A DNA stretch of 63,870 bases, counting the filler, from Aduncisulcus paluster (taxonomy: Eukaryota), in assembly GCA_024181965.1 (NCBI GenBank). It is 5 parts of 5 records of this genome, joined end to end, with 100 filler letters (N's around TTAATTAATTAA, not from the genome) between each part and the next. Parts side by side here need not be neighbours in the genome. Positions count along the whole stretch, not along the records: positions 1 to 15,436 come from BQXS01012477.1; positions 15,537 to 43,049 come from BQXS01012480.1; 3 more parts are not named here. The stretch is one strand, 5' to 3'. Shown piece by piece: positions 12,030 to 22,843 of the stretch. The notes under the pieces were generated by a model. It was not told the origin of the DNA. It made no database searches and saw only the letters and a program-made list of their open reading frames with translations. Position 1 is the stretch's first letter. Every line of letters starts with the position of its first letter. A program made the position numbers and the translations under genes.

Positions 12030-12651
12030 TCAGAAGCAACAAGCAAAACAAGCCTTGATACAACCGAGAATGGCATCCCTAGCGAAAGGAATATACGATA
12101 TACAGTACCAGAACAGAGCAATGCTATCTACAAAAAGGAAAATCGAGGTTAGACCACCACTATGAGTTGTGAAGGCGATGACGATAGTGAGGATAAAAGC
12201 AACCAAGAAAACGATAGTGGCCCACAACCTTGTTTTAGCAAACATCATTTTGAATTGTTTCCTAACACCAACAATAAAAATAGTTGAGAAAATGCACATG
12301 AATGTTCCAAGAACATAGAGAATGATAAATGTTGTTGAAGACTTGCCCAAAAATATGTTACCGAAAATGGTCATCAAAAAACCAATTCCAAATGTAATTC
12401 CAAAGGCTACAATTTTCTAAAATCAAAAAATGAATGAAATCAAAGAATAATGGGAAGATAGACCAAGAATGGATGCAAAAATAACAATAAGTGTTATAAA
12501 TCTGTTAATCTAAAAAATCATAATTGAAATATTTTGAAAATACCAAACATACCTGACTAGCAGAAAGCTTGATGCAATCACACTCTCCTCCAGAGCTAGA
12601 TTTGACATGAGAGTCCGAAGACATCATTTCAGTGTTATCACTCCAACCCAT
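12030..12651 (-). CDS. SFT2: Vesicle transport protein SFT2/Got1-like; exon 1 12553-12651, intron 12417-12552
   Basis: Motifs LYVLG...STIFIVGVRKQFKMMFAKTRLWAT and ALFWYCISYIPFARD. A CAG|GTATGT...TTTAG| splice gives in-frame KLSASQ-KIVAFGITFGIGF. Confidence 0.9.
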
Positions 12652-13102
12652 AATGATTCAGATGTTACAAAACTTCGAAAAACGTTTTCCAAATCTGCCG
12701 GTTCCCACTAACATTTGCCCAGTCAGATTGGGCAAAAATAGTTTCTTAAAATCAAATAGAAAAAATTATATAAATAAGATTTTTTTTACCGAAATCATTA
12801 TTTTATGCTAATTACAGGATTTACTGCCTGAAAGAGTTAAGTCACAAAATATAATGAATAGAATCATATAACTTCTTAATTTATGATTTAATCTGCAAAT
12901 CATTAAAATTATATCAAGTTATCAAGAATAAAAAGGTCCTTGCCAAGAAATAGAAGCCAACCTATTGTATCACGTTACATAAAGAAAATATGTTATAAAT
13001 AAAGGAATAATGTTTTATACATTCACAAGTAATTAAATGATATTCTGTAAAATTAGAGTTATATTTCAATCTCAATGAGATTGGCGAAATCAGTTCTGTT
13101 TG

Positions 13103-15436
13103 ATGCAATCAATTAGAGTTAATTCTATTCTCCGACATTTTCGGGCAAAAAATAGGTACTTCGAGAAGAATGATCCCTATTTAACCATCATATATAATAG
13201 CTATTCATCACTTCAGCTCTTGTCATCTACAGTGTCTAAGAATGTAATATTAGTGAATATATCAACAGGTAAAGTATGTTCCAATGATGTCATTAAAACG
13301 AATTCTACTTTTGTTATTCTATCTTATATTTATTTTCCTCACTATACTTCTTTTTTTCATTAGATCCTTAAATACTTTGCCTTTTCAGACACAATTGCTG
13401 GAATCACAGCATTAAATGATGCTCCTATTGCTATTATATCTCTAAATGATGGCATTTCCTATGTTTTACATTTATTTTCCTATCATCTCTCAGAATTATC
13501 TTTCATTTCGAAAAAAAAGGGGATGTCCATTCATAATCCAAAGAATACAACCAAAATAGATATTAGCAATGATGGAAGATGGTTAGCTCTTGTTTCAGGA
13601 GGTAAAAAGATTCTTTGCCAGCCTGATGGAAAACACACCATCTTAAACTCCGATTCAGAGGGTTTCCTTCTTCCTGAATTATATATTTATGAGATGGATT
13701 TAGAGTCCAATACTGCTTCGCTTGTTTATACTAAATTTTTAACACCTTCATTTTCCCCCAAACGTCGAGTTCCTTCTCCATCCGCCAACATTGGGGATTT
13801 ATCTGTTGATGATATTGAGGACATATATACGAAAAAACGAGGTTCCACGTCAGATCATGCCGAAGAGTCAAGACATCCACGGGGGAGGCATGGCTCAAAA
13901 CCTCCAACCTCAACCCTTCGATACTCACATAAATCCGACCATCGTAGTGTTTCTGAGAGCATAGGCGATGATGATACTCCCCTTATTCCCGTGTTTATTT
14001 CACCCCCTTGCATCTGTTTCTCTCCCTTCGGTTCGAGACTGTGTTTCTCAGATGGAAGCGGCAGTGTCGGTGTATGTTGTTTCTATGACAATCCAAGTGG
14101 TCCCGAGAAGCACACGGTTGTTGATGAGAGCGTGTCAACCATGCGTGAACGTTATCTCCAACAGGAATGGGGAGAAGAAAGGTGGATATGTGAGTTTGAG
14201 AGAACAATCGGGGGGGATGCCGAGCTTGAGTTTGTCAACAATATCAATAGATGGATGCGAAAGCTATTATTGATATCGAGAACCAAGGGCACGAAAGAGG
14301 AGGGAAGAAGAAGAAAAGGAACTTTGTCATAAAACCAAAATCAGAGAGAGTGACATGTCTTTTGTTAACGCCCTTGTTCAACGGTTTGCCTTCTCTCCTC
14401 TTCCATCTGGTCTTGACTGGCGTGAGGATGCTCGTTTCTTTGCCCTTCCATCGTTTTCCTTCTCCCAAACACAGAGAATTGAAGAAGTCGAGCGTAAAGT
14501 TGTGTTCAAGCAAACGGGAGGTGTTGGAATTGTGTGTGAAGAAGAGAAGAGAGACCAGAAATGGAGAGAAGCAGAATACTTTAGAACTGATAAAGATATC
14601 CAATATTCAACTGAGTTTGAAGGAGATGAAGAACAACGCCGACAACAAAAACAACAACAAGAAGAAGAAGAATTCGGCATAAATCAAACTAAAAATGTTA
14701 ATGTGTTCAAAATAGCGTGTATGGAAAGGAATGTGGAAGAATATGAGAATATTTCCGTTACTAATCCGCATGGATATAGCACTACAAGTCTGAAACATAC
14801 CCCTATTCTTGTTAATTGTGCATGGGGTCCCAGTTTGTCTGTTGCTGCTGTGCTTGTTGCAGAGATCTCTTGTCCACGAGATTCTGTGGATTATTCGAGG
14901 GATCTATCTGTTGCTACTTATGTTCAGCTATTCCAGCGTTTGAATGCAAGGTGGGAGATGAAACAGCAAATTAAAATCCCTTCTCAGAATCTAATCACTC
15001 ACATTTCATTCATTTCAAGTTCAAACCTCTGTATTTCTGGTGTTAATGATCACTTTATCCTTCAAACATCCATTCTTCCATCCTGTATAACCTGTTCTTC
15101 TCCTCATGTCTCCTCTTCTCTCTCTTCTCTCTCTTCTCCTTCTCTTCCTCATCATTTGTCCATGTTCACGACTCTTTCTCTCCTCCCTGCCGTCTGTATC
15201 TGTGGTAATGTGGTTAGATTGACCCTATGTGGGAGTGAACTTCCTCCTCCACCGATGTGCTCTCTATCAATATGCAGTAATGATGCTATAACATCAGTGT
15301 GTATGGTTGAAACTGCTTCTAAATATAGAATAGATCGTTCCTCAGGCGGGGGGAGGACAGAATTAGAAGAATCAAAAGTACATCAGAGGAATGTTGATGG
15401 GAATAACAGAGATAGAATGGTGAAAGTTGGTGTGTG
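13103..15436 (+). CDS. ELP1: Elongator subunit Elp1/IKI3-like beta-propeller protein; intron 13274-13363, frame break near 14210-14350, truncated by scaffold end
   Basis: DWREDARFFA (cf. sWRgDg.yFa), ACMERN..HG, VQLFQRLNARWEMKQ (cf. VQLWt..NYHWYLKQ) and PPPM. A GTATGT...TAG intron joins the 13103 ATG in frame to ORF 13523-14332. ORF 14355-15488 is in another frame. Confidence 0.7.
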
Positions 15437-15536
15437 NNNNNNNNNNNNNNNNNNNNNNNNNNNNNNNNNNNNNNNNNNNNTTAATTAATTAANNNNNNNN
15501 NNNNNNNNNNNNNNNNNNNNNNNNNNNNNNNNNNNN
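15437..15536. other. Artificial scaffold linker (N44-TTAATTAATTAA-N44)
   Basis: A six-frame stop 12-mer flanked by 44 Ns; an identical structure occurs four times in the window. Confidence 0.97.
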
Positions 15537-17037
15537 TATTGATTACCGTACACCTATTCCTCCCTACTCCTCGGTTCTTTAGTTACACACTATGTGCAAC
15601 TTTTGTTCACTAGTTTTTCCACTACATTGTTTACTTGGTAGAGTTTGCCTTTCGGTGTCTTCGTCTCTATGCTGAATACACTACAATCAGTATCCTTCTT
15701 GTCTGAAACTTTATCGTACTGCAGTCAGTCTGTTACCACCTAATATACCCTTTAATATCCTTCAATGCCTTTCTTTTCTCTTTTTATTTCTGTCTTTTTA
15801 GTATCTCCCCTTCCCTAATAAATGCATCCGTTTCTCGGAGGAAATGAGGACAAGAACAAAATAATACAACGAGTGAGTAATATTGAATAATAATGGATAA
15901 AATATATAATAATGCGTATGTTATTGGATTTCTGACATACATATATTTATGAGATATATTCAAAGCGAGAAGAGCTGAGGAGAAAACACCAAAACCATAC
16001 TAAACAAGAATTGAAAGTAATATCACATAATATATTAATAAATAAATATGATATTTTAATTTTTTAATATATATTGGGTACCAGTCTTGTCATTCCACTC
16101 CTGAGACAAATTCGTTTCCAAAGTCCCGAGTTTTGTTCACATATTGGATTGTAAAGTTTTATTGTTTGATGATAAGTTGTAGTTGTAATCTGTGAATGTT
16201 GTGGACTTACTGATAAATGACTATACTTGTCTGATTCCTGGTTTTCCCCCTCCAGAGCTTGTTTGATTTTGCAATATCATTTGTTTTAGATTTTTTTGTT
16301 TTAAATTCTCCGTTGAGAGTTAGTGAATCCTTAGTTTCTTTTCCAAGTGGTGTAATAATCCTGCTTTATGTTGACTCAACTATGGTGATGTTGGACACTC
16401 CATCTCTTAGAGTAGCATAATTCACTGGATATATGAGCTATATGAGATGAGATATTGTCCGATTCGGTTGTTTCCGAAGATAATCCAAACACTCCATTAG
16501 TCTACATAGATTCTGGTTTCTTGATTGTTAGCATGAAGAAATAGTAACTCATACTGCCAAAAATGAATGATATTGTTGCCCAATCCTTTTGTATTGCCCC
16601 TGTTTTCAGTACAGTATATCGCCATTGAATCGAAAGAACTCATATATTTCTCAATTTGTCAAAAATGATATTATTCGTGGATCTCTGGATGCCAGACTCT
16701 GGCATATGCCGCATATGTGTTCGAGAAAGAAAAAGAAAATGTAGTTTACTGGGGTACTACTGTGGCAAGACCACTTGTAGTTGTTGGTGTCACAAATTTA
16801 CTTTTAAGGAGAAATAAAAAACACAAAAAATGAAATTTCAAACACAAAAAATGAAAATTTCTAAAAATACCCTCACACTACCCCATTGGGGTAGAGCTCT
16901 ACCGTAGAGAACAATAAAATGTGATAAAAATTTCTCTCAATTTGGCATGTTTGTGTGAGTTACAATAGATCTATATTATATTGAAAAGTAAGACAATATA
17001 GGTTACATTATATAACTTAAATATATTTCTAAAAGAA

Positions 17038-20000
17038 TTAAAACACACCAAATCCGTCGAGTTTCATCTTGACTTCTGTCCATTTTGACTGGCAATCAGA
17101 ATGTACGATAGAATGACACGATGTTCCACCCTTCTTTTCTTGTTTTATCTGATTATATTTCATTTTAAGCATAGTATAATCAACATCTCTCATCTCTCCT
17201 TCTTCTCCTTCTTCTTCTTCTCCTTCTTCCTCTTCCTCTCTCCAAAATCTTTGTTGAGATTGATCCTCAGCATGTCCATCAGCTCTTCTCTCCTTTCTCC
17301 CATCTCTTCCTCNNNNNNNNNNNNNNNNNNNNCAATCAGAATGTACGATAGAATGACACGATGTTCCACCCTTCTTTTCTTGTTTTATCTGATTATATTT
17401 CATTTTAAGCATAGTATAATCAACATCTCTCATCTCTCCTTCTTCTCCTTCTTCTTCTTCTCCTTCTTCCTCTTCCTCTCTCCAAAATCTTTGTTGAGAT
17501 TGATCCTCAGCATGTCCATCAGCTCTTCTCTCCTTTCTCTCATCTCTTCCTCTCTTCTTCTTCATCATCTTTCTTCCTTCTGAATCAACTGAACAAGATA
17601 TAGACTGCTGATGAGTTGACAAAAAATGTACAGTTGGTGCCACACCACTCAGGATATCAGGAGTCTTCGGAGTTCCAGGGATAGGTCGAGCAACATGGAA
17701 CACGTCTGTACTACTATTATTACAACAATAGAGAAGTGAGGAAACAAATGGAGAACCAGCCACATCACCATGGAGAAGAGAGGAACCAGACATTGAATTC
17801 TCATAATTCTCTCTTGCTCTCTCTCGTCCATCTCTTCTCAAAGTTGATGTTGGAGTCTTTGGTGAAGCTGGGAGGACAATATGAGACTTAGATAAAGAAA
17901 CAGAGGTTGTATCATCATCTTTGCTTAGCCTTAGAGGACAATGTTTCTTCTCACACCTATTTATAGAACCATTGTGATGATCTCGATTAGTTATATCGGC
18001 CAATGGAAGTCTTATTGAAGAACGTTTACCAATACATGAAAAATCTTCGCTCTCTTCTTCAATTTGTTCTTTAATTTGTTCAGTATATTCACGTCCTCGA
18101 GAAGTTATTTGAAATGTTTCAACCTGTTGGCTATTTCCCCTTATGGTTTCCTTCTCTTCTTCTTGCTCTTCTTCCTTATGGAATGCGGGACTGATTATGG
18201 TATCTTGTCTATCATATTTATAAGAATTGAAATCGAGACATCTTCTAGCAGAGAGAATTGAAGGAGAGTGGAGATCACTTTGTTCACCTTCTCTTTCTTC
18301 CAAAGGCTCAATCTCTTCAATCTCTTCAATCTCCCTAACTATTCCTTCATGTTCCAGTACAGTAGGGAATGTTCCAGATGATACCATTTCTTCACAAGAT
18401 AATGTTTTCTTTCCTACAGTAGGAGAAGAGAGGTACTTGTCCTTCACTGTAGTGCAAATATCATGGTGTGGAGGATCATTCATATCATTCATATCATTCA
18501 TAGTACTTTGACAATGAGGAGTCATACATCCTCTCGTCGTTTCGCAAGAAGAGTCACTCCCAATGATATACTGTACACTCGTATAGCTACTATTACTGAT
18601 ACTACTATTACTGTTGCCATGCTCTCTTGTCTGTCTCTGTTTTTCTCTCAGTGCAATAACTGCTCTCATGGCACTCTGAGCACACCTCTGAAGGTATGGA
18701 GAAGAGCCAGGCACAGGGGATGTATATCCTTGAGAAGAGGAAGAAGAAGAGGAGGAAGAGGAGGAGGAGTGAGGTTGAAGAGAAGAAGTACCATAGGTTG
18801 AGATAGGAATGCTACATGATATTTCCTGGCTTATATCCTGACTCTTAGACTTTATACTCTTCTGTGAGACTGAGTGCAACGATACAGTATCTTGTGAACT
18901 CTGTGATGCCCTCTGTGATGCCCTCTGTGATGCCCTCTGTGATGGTTGTGACATAGCTTCAGAAGAATTAACACAGGAAGAAGAAGAAGGTGAAGAAGAA
19001 GATTGCGGGAATTGTGTTGTTTTCCCACTTTCTATAGAGAGTTTAGAAAGGACTGAAGTCAAAGGAGATCTATTTTGGGGAATAACATGGCAAGGACTAG
19101 ATGAAGAGCAAGAATGTACGGAATGTTGCTGGTAATGTTTCTCACTGGGACTAAAAATAGATACCCATTGTCGTTGGATCCTATATTGACCTTTTCTATT
19201 TCCTCCACATTTCCCTTTCCTTCTTTTCGAGGTACTAGCCTTATTAACCCGTTTCTTTCCTTTTGAACAAGATGAACAAGAAGAAGAGGAAGAAGAGGAA
19301 GAAGAGGTTGGAGTAAACTTAAGTTCCTGATGGTCTCTCTCTTCTTCTTTCTGGTGTTCTGAATATGGCATACATTTAACCTGGTCCAGATCTTCCTCTC
19401 CTCTCTTCTCAACAAGTCCAATCCCTTGTAAAGCATTGGCAATATCATACAATCTCCGAAGTAATGTTAATGGATTGTTTGGAGACGGTTCATCGCAACA
19501 GATTGAACAGAAGACATCAACAACATGACTAAGCGATACCGAAGGAAGATATTTGATAGATGAAGCTTTGGAATGACAGGCTGACTCATGGAATGTTGCT
19601 TCATCATGACGTTTTGTTTCAATCACATCTCCTTCTCTTTCTTCTTCTTCTTCTTCTTCTTCTTCTTCCTTTAATGGTTCTTCCTCTTTCTTTTCTACAG
19701 ATATTTTTTGACCTTTCTCAGCATCAATCTGTGGTATCTTGGACTGTAAAGGCATGGAAGGAGAAGGAAGAATAGCTGAAACTAAAGGATTTGGACAAGA
19801 CAATACTTTGACAGAACCTTCAGAATGTGATTCATGACAACTGGGTGTATATGTTCTATTTTTAGATGAATTTGTTCTATTTTTAGATGAACAACCAGAA
19901 CCAAGACTACTTGGAGGCATCATGAGGCTCCCCGCAGGAATATATTCCTTCTTTCTGGCTGAATTACTGGAAAGACTGTCACCCTGTTGTCCACGATGAG

Positions 20001-21588
20001 ATTCTTGAAGAATCTTGTTACTGCTACAATTCTGAAGATCTGTAACTTGTGAGATATGAAGACCATTACCACTATTACTGGTATGACTGTGATATTCTGG
20101 CTGCCGTGGCTGCACCGATGTTCTATTTGTGTATTTGTTCCCAGCCCTGGGCACTGATGCTTGCACAGTATCTTGTTCGGAATAAGATGCGATATATTCG
20201 GCAGTTATTGAGCAAAGGACACATATAAACACCCATGTTAGTCTGACATTGAGAGTCTGCATTTTCATTGGAATATTAAACCTCTGAGCAAATAGATAGG
20301 GAGCAAAGGCAGATGTGCGAAGAGTTTTAAGGGAAGGAGAGATCCTAATGGAGCCAGAAGAAGAACGATGAGTGATCCCAGGCGTAGATATATTAGAAAT
20401 AACTCCAGTAGCTCGCGTAGGAAGAGTCACTGCTTTGGATGGAAGGACTGGAGGAGTCATGCGAAGGGTATCATTGTGAATTGTCCCATGGGACTGTCGA
20501 TCAGCAGGACAACAAGAAGTACGAGAAGAGGAGATTGGAATTCGAGAGGACGGAGTTTGGGGGCTAGATGGAGATTGTGGACCAATAATAGAATGTTTTG
20601 AAGGTATATTTGATATATTATGAGATGATATTGGTGATTTTGGCTGAGATAAACCATCAATAGGAATGGAGCTCTGTAAAACTGTGCGATATGAAGTGGA
20701 ACTAGCTTTGATGACTTTTGAGGAGTCTATATGAGATAGTGGGAGTGAAGATTTTGTATGTATTGCATTTTGACTATTTTCATTGGCTTTTGGAACCTCT
20801 TTCGAGTGAGATTCCATGGACTCAATCTCAGCAAGAAATGAAGCAGCAACGGATGCTAAATTCTGCAGATTTGATGACATTCGACAAACATTTCCTGCTT
20901 TTTCTGAACATTTCAGCTCAGTCGTTGCACTATGAGCAGCTTTTGAACTCCTCGTTGTTGTTGGAAGAGTAGAGGATTGAAGCTGATATAATTGGCTGGG
21001 AGTGGGTCGAACAGATTTAAAACTTGTTGGTTCCGAGATAGATTGGGCCGTTTTTCGAGAAGATCCCGCCTTTCCCGATGAAGAATCTCGATCAGCAGAA
21101 TCGTGGGATAACCCTCGTTTTGGAACTAATTTTGTTGTTGGATTGAAAATAAAATGTTGAATTAATCCATTTAATAAATGCTTAAGTTGATAATTACTTG
21201 CTGGTTGTCCAAGATAATAAAATGATTGAAAGTCTTTTCTTAAGATCCCTACTGCTTCTAAAATGGCAAGAAGATCATATATTCTACGAGTTTGTACACC
21301 AAGTCTCGCAGACATAGTTTTTGCCGGCGGTAATCTGATACCATGTTCATTTTCACCATATACTGTTACAAATCTAAAAGCAAACATAATGAGAGCATGA
21401 ATTGAATAAAAAAAGAATAGGTATTGAATAATTAGGAAGAATAAACCCGATTTCATGCTCAGAATCATTCCGAAACTGTGCGCTGAAAAGTAAAAAAAAG
21501 AAATGGTTACATACCTTTCACCAAGGTTTAATAATACATTTGTTGCCTTTGGCTTTTTCAGTTTTGAACCAGAGGAACTCGGGGGCAT
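17038..21588 (-). CDS. Atypical E2F (E2F7/8 / DEL-like) with two winged-helix DNA-binding domains; intron 21374-21514; ~1390 aa after removing a gap duplication
   Basis: DBD1 is LLNLGERF...LGVQTRRIYDLLAILEAVG. DBD2 is VSLSHVV...LRRLYDIANALQGIGLVEK. An in-frame 141-nt GTATGT...TTTAG intron explains the spurious hydrophobic N-terminal stretch. Confidence 0.8.
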   Translation of the reverse strand: MPPSSSGSKLKKPKATNVLLNLGERYVTISFFYFSAHSFGMILSMKSGLFFLIIQYLFFFYSIHALIMFAFRFVTVYGENEHGIRLPPAKTMSARLGVQTRRIYDLLAILEAVGILRKDFQSFYYLGQPASNYQLKHLLNGLIQHFIFNPTTKLVPKRGLSHDSADRDSSSGKAGSSRKTAQSISEPTSFKSVRPTPSQLYQLQSSTLPTTTRSSKAAHSATTELKCSEKAGNVCRMSSNLQNLASVAASFLAEIESMESHSKEVPKANENSQNAIHTKSSLPLSHIDSSKVIKASSTSYRTVLQSSIPIDGLSQPKSPISSHNISNIPSKHSIIGPQSPSSPQTPSSRIPISSSRTSCCPADRQSHGTIHNDTLRMTPPVLPSKAVTLPTRATGVISNISTPGITHRSSSGSIRISPSLKTLRTSAFAPYLFAQRFNIPMKMQTLNVRLTWVFICVLCSITAEYIASYSEQDTVQASVPRAGNKYTNRTSVQPRQPEYHSHTSNSGNGLHISQVTDLQNCSSNKILQESHRGQQGDSLSSNSARKKEYIPAGSLMMPPSSLGSGCSSKNRTNSSKNRTYTPSCHESHSEGSVKVLSCPNPLVSAILPSPSMPLQSKIPQIDAEKGQKISVEKKEEEPLKEEEEEEEEEEREGDVIETKRHDEATFHESACHSKASSIKYLPSVSLSHVVDVFCSICCDEPSPNNPLTLLRRLYDIANALQGIGLVEKRGEEDLDQVKCMPYSEHQKEEERDHQELKFTPTSSSSSSSSSCSSCSKGKKRVNKASTSKRRKGKCGGNRKGQYRIQRQWVSIFSPSEKHYQQHSVHSCSSSSPCHVIPQNRSPLTSVLSKLSIESGKTTQFPQSSSSPSSSSCVNSSEAMSQPSQRASQRASQRASQSSQDTVSLHSVSQKSIKSKSQDISQEISCSIPISTYGTSSLQPHSSSSSSSSSSSSQGYTSPVPGSSPYLQRCAQSAMRAVIALREKQRQTREHGNSNSSISNSSYTSVQYIIGSDSSCETTRGCMTPHCQSTMNDMNDMNDPPHHDICTTVKDKYLSSPTVGKKTLSCEEMVSSGTFPTVLEHEGIVREIEEIEEIEPLEEREGEQSDLHSPSILSARRCLDFNSYKYDRQDTIISPAFHKEEEQEEEKETIRGNSQQVETFQITSRGREYTEQIKEQIEEESEDFSCIGKRSSIRLPLADITNRDHHNGSINRCEKKHCPLRLSKDDDTTSVSLSKSHIVLPASPKTPTSTLRRDGRERARENYENSMSGSSLLHGDVAGSPFVSSLLYCCNNSSTDVFHVARPIPGTPKTPDILSGVAPTVHFLSTHQQSISCSVDSEGRKMMKKKRGRDERKERRADGHAEDQSQQRFWREEEEEGEEEEGEEGEMRDVDYTMLKMKYNQIKQEKKGGTSCHSIVHSDXXXXXXXXGRDGRKERRADGHAEDQSQQRFWREEEEEGEEEEGEEGEMRDVDYTMLKMKYNQIKQEKKGGTSCHSIVHSDCQSKWTEVKMKLDGFGVF
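17093..17552. repeat. 220-bp direct duplication flanking a 20-N gap (unmerged assembly overlap)
   Basis: 17093-17312 equals 17333-17552 apart from one substitution seen (GRDGRKE vs GRDERKE). Confidence 0.9.
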
Positions 21589-21886
21589 TTATAGTTTGGT
21601 GACAAATCACCTTGGTGGAAATAACGCTGGAAATAGATCATGTCGCTGTCTCGATTATTCATCTCAAAGAACCGTAGAAATCAAGGAAATTCATAAAAGA
21701 ATCGACAATTATTCTAATTTCCATAGAATTGATGTTATTTTCTTATGATATGGAAATATTCATATCATTCATTTTCTCAGCCCAACGGGCTGTTATATCC
21801 GCAAAATAAGGGGGGAAACCAGCTTTATCGGCAATTATTTTTAAAATGACGCAAATAAAAAAGCTAATTTATTGTAGAACAAGGAT

Positions 21887-22537
21887 CTAGAGGGGCAATT
21901 GCATTTTCTCTCCTTTAAGTTTGGCCTTGAAATAATAATATATAAAATCGGCATATAGAACAGTTTGGGTGATACCAGTAATCCATACGATCAGAGGAAC
22001 GTGAATGTGTAGAACAAAAGTCCTCCATAGCCAACTCAAAACATAGAAAAATCTGTATAATCCAAGTGTAACGATATAGTCAGAAGTGAATGATTCCACT
22101 TCACCACTTTTATGTAAGAATAACGATTGAGGCAGCATGGATACGGCCTCGAGAATCAAAGAAAATGTCCATAAAATTTCAATAAGGGTGTATTTGCTTG
22201 TAAATATGGTGGCACCAATAATGGACGGAACAAGAACATATAATAAAGGGAGAAGATCAAATTCTAATTGGTATGTTGCTCTGTATTTGAAAGAAATCAA
22301 ATAAATTGTAAAAACAGTGATTGAAATATAAAATATCTTCATAATTACATTATAAAGAAAGGTCCAGTTCCAGAATAAATCAAGATATCTGGCACAAAAG
22401 ACGATGAGATATAGAATTTGAGTCTTTAAACTCAAACCAGTGACACTTTTCTGTTTATAGACTTTTTTAAGAAGTAAAAGGATACTGAGAACATGGGTAA
22501 AATCAGCCAAATACCGGAAAAGGTTGAATCCCGCCAT
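21887..22537 (-). CDS. ERD2: ER lumen protein-retaining (KDEL) receptor
   Basis: FNLFRYLADFTH, GLSLKTQILY..VFCARYLDLF, EILWTFSLILEAVSMLPQ, LGLYRFFY, QTVLYADF. Likely start is MAGFN at 22537. Confidence 0.95.
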   Translation of the reverse strand: MAGFNLFRYLADFTHVLSILLLLKKVYKQKSVTGLSLKTQILYLIVFCARYLDLFWNWTFLYNVIMKIFYISITVFTIYLISFKYRATYQLEFDLLPLLYVLVPSIIGATIFTSKYTLIEILWTFSLILEAVSMLPQSLFLHKSGEVESFTSDYIVTLGLYRFFYVLSWLWRTFVLHIHVPLIVWITGITQTVLYADFIYYYFKAKLKGEKMQLPL

Positions 22538-22843
22538 AATATGTTTTCTTTCGCAAAGAAATCTCGTTTTGACAATTTTCATCACCACTTGATCCTCCAA
22601 CATGATCTTTAAGGATGATGCCCATGGTTGATGACATTTTCAATTTTATTGATGGCATAAATTGCCCTGATATTTTTAAAATCCCAATTCATATCATTAT
22701 AAAATCGATAATCTGACGACATGCCATGTGGCAGTGACTGCCGGTATCATGTTTTCCTAATCGGGTTTTAACAGGCCAGGAAGTATCGATACACACAATT
22801 TATCAGGTTTTCTCCAAAGTATCACACGTATAATAATCATTTA

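Noticed and set aside
15481..15492. Recurrent TTAATTAATTAA palindrome as a biological motif
   Set aside because: Always centred in N44 flanks; it is an artificial six-frame-stop linker. Adjacency across linkers has no biological meaning.
21374..21514. Transmembrane segment at the E2F N-terminus
   Set aside because: It is a translated in-frame AT-rich intron.
22620..22800. Possible ncRNA (TGATGA...CTGA boxes, small hairpins, U1-like ATACTTCCTGGC on the minus strand)
   Set aside because: The boxes are common by chance, no rRNA guide was recognised, and the U1-like 5' end lacks the A needed to pair with GT donors.
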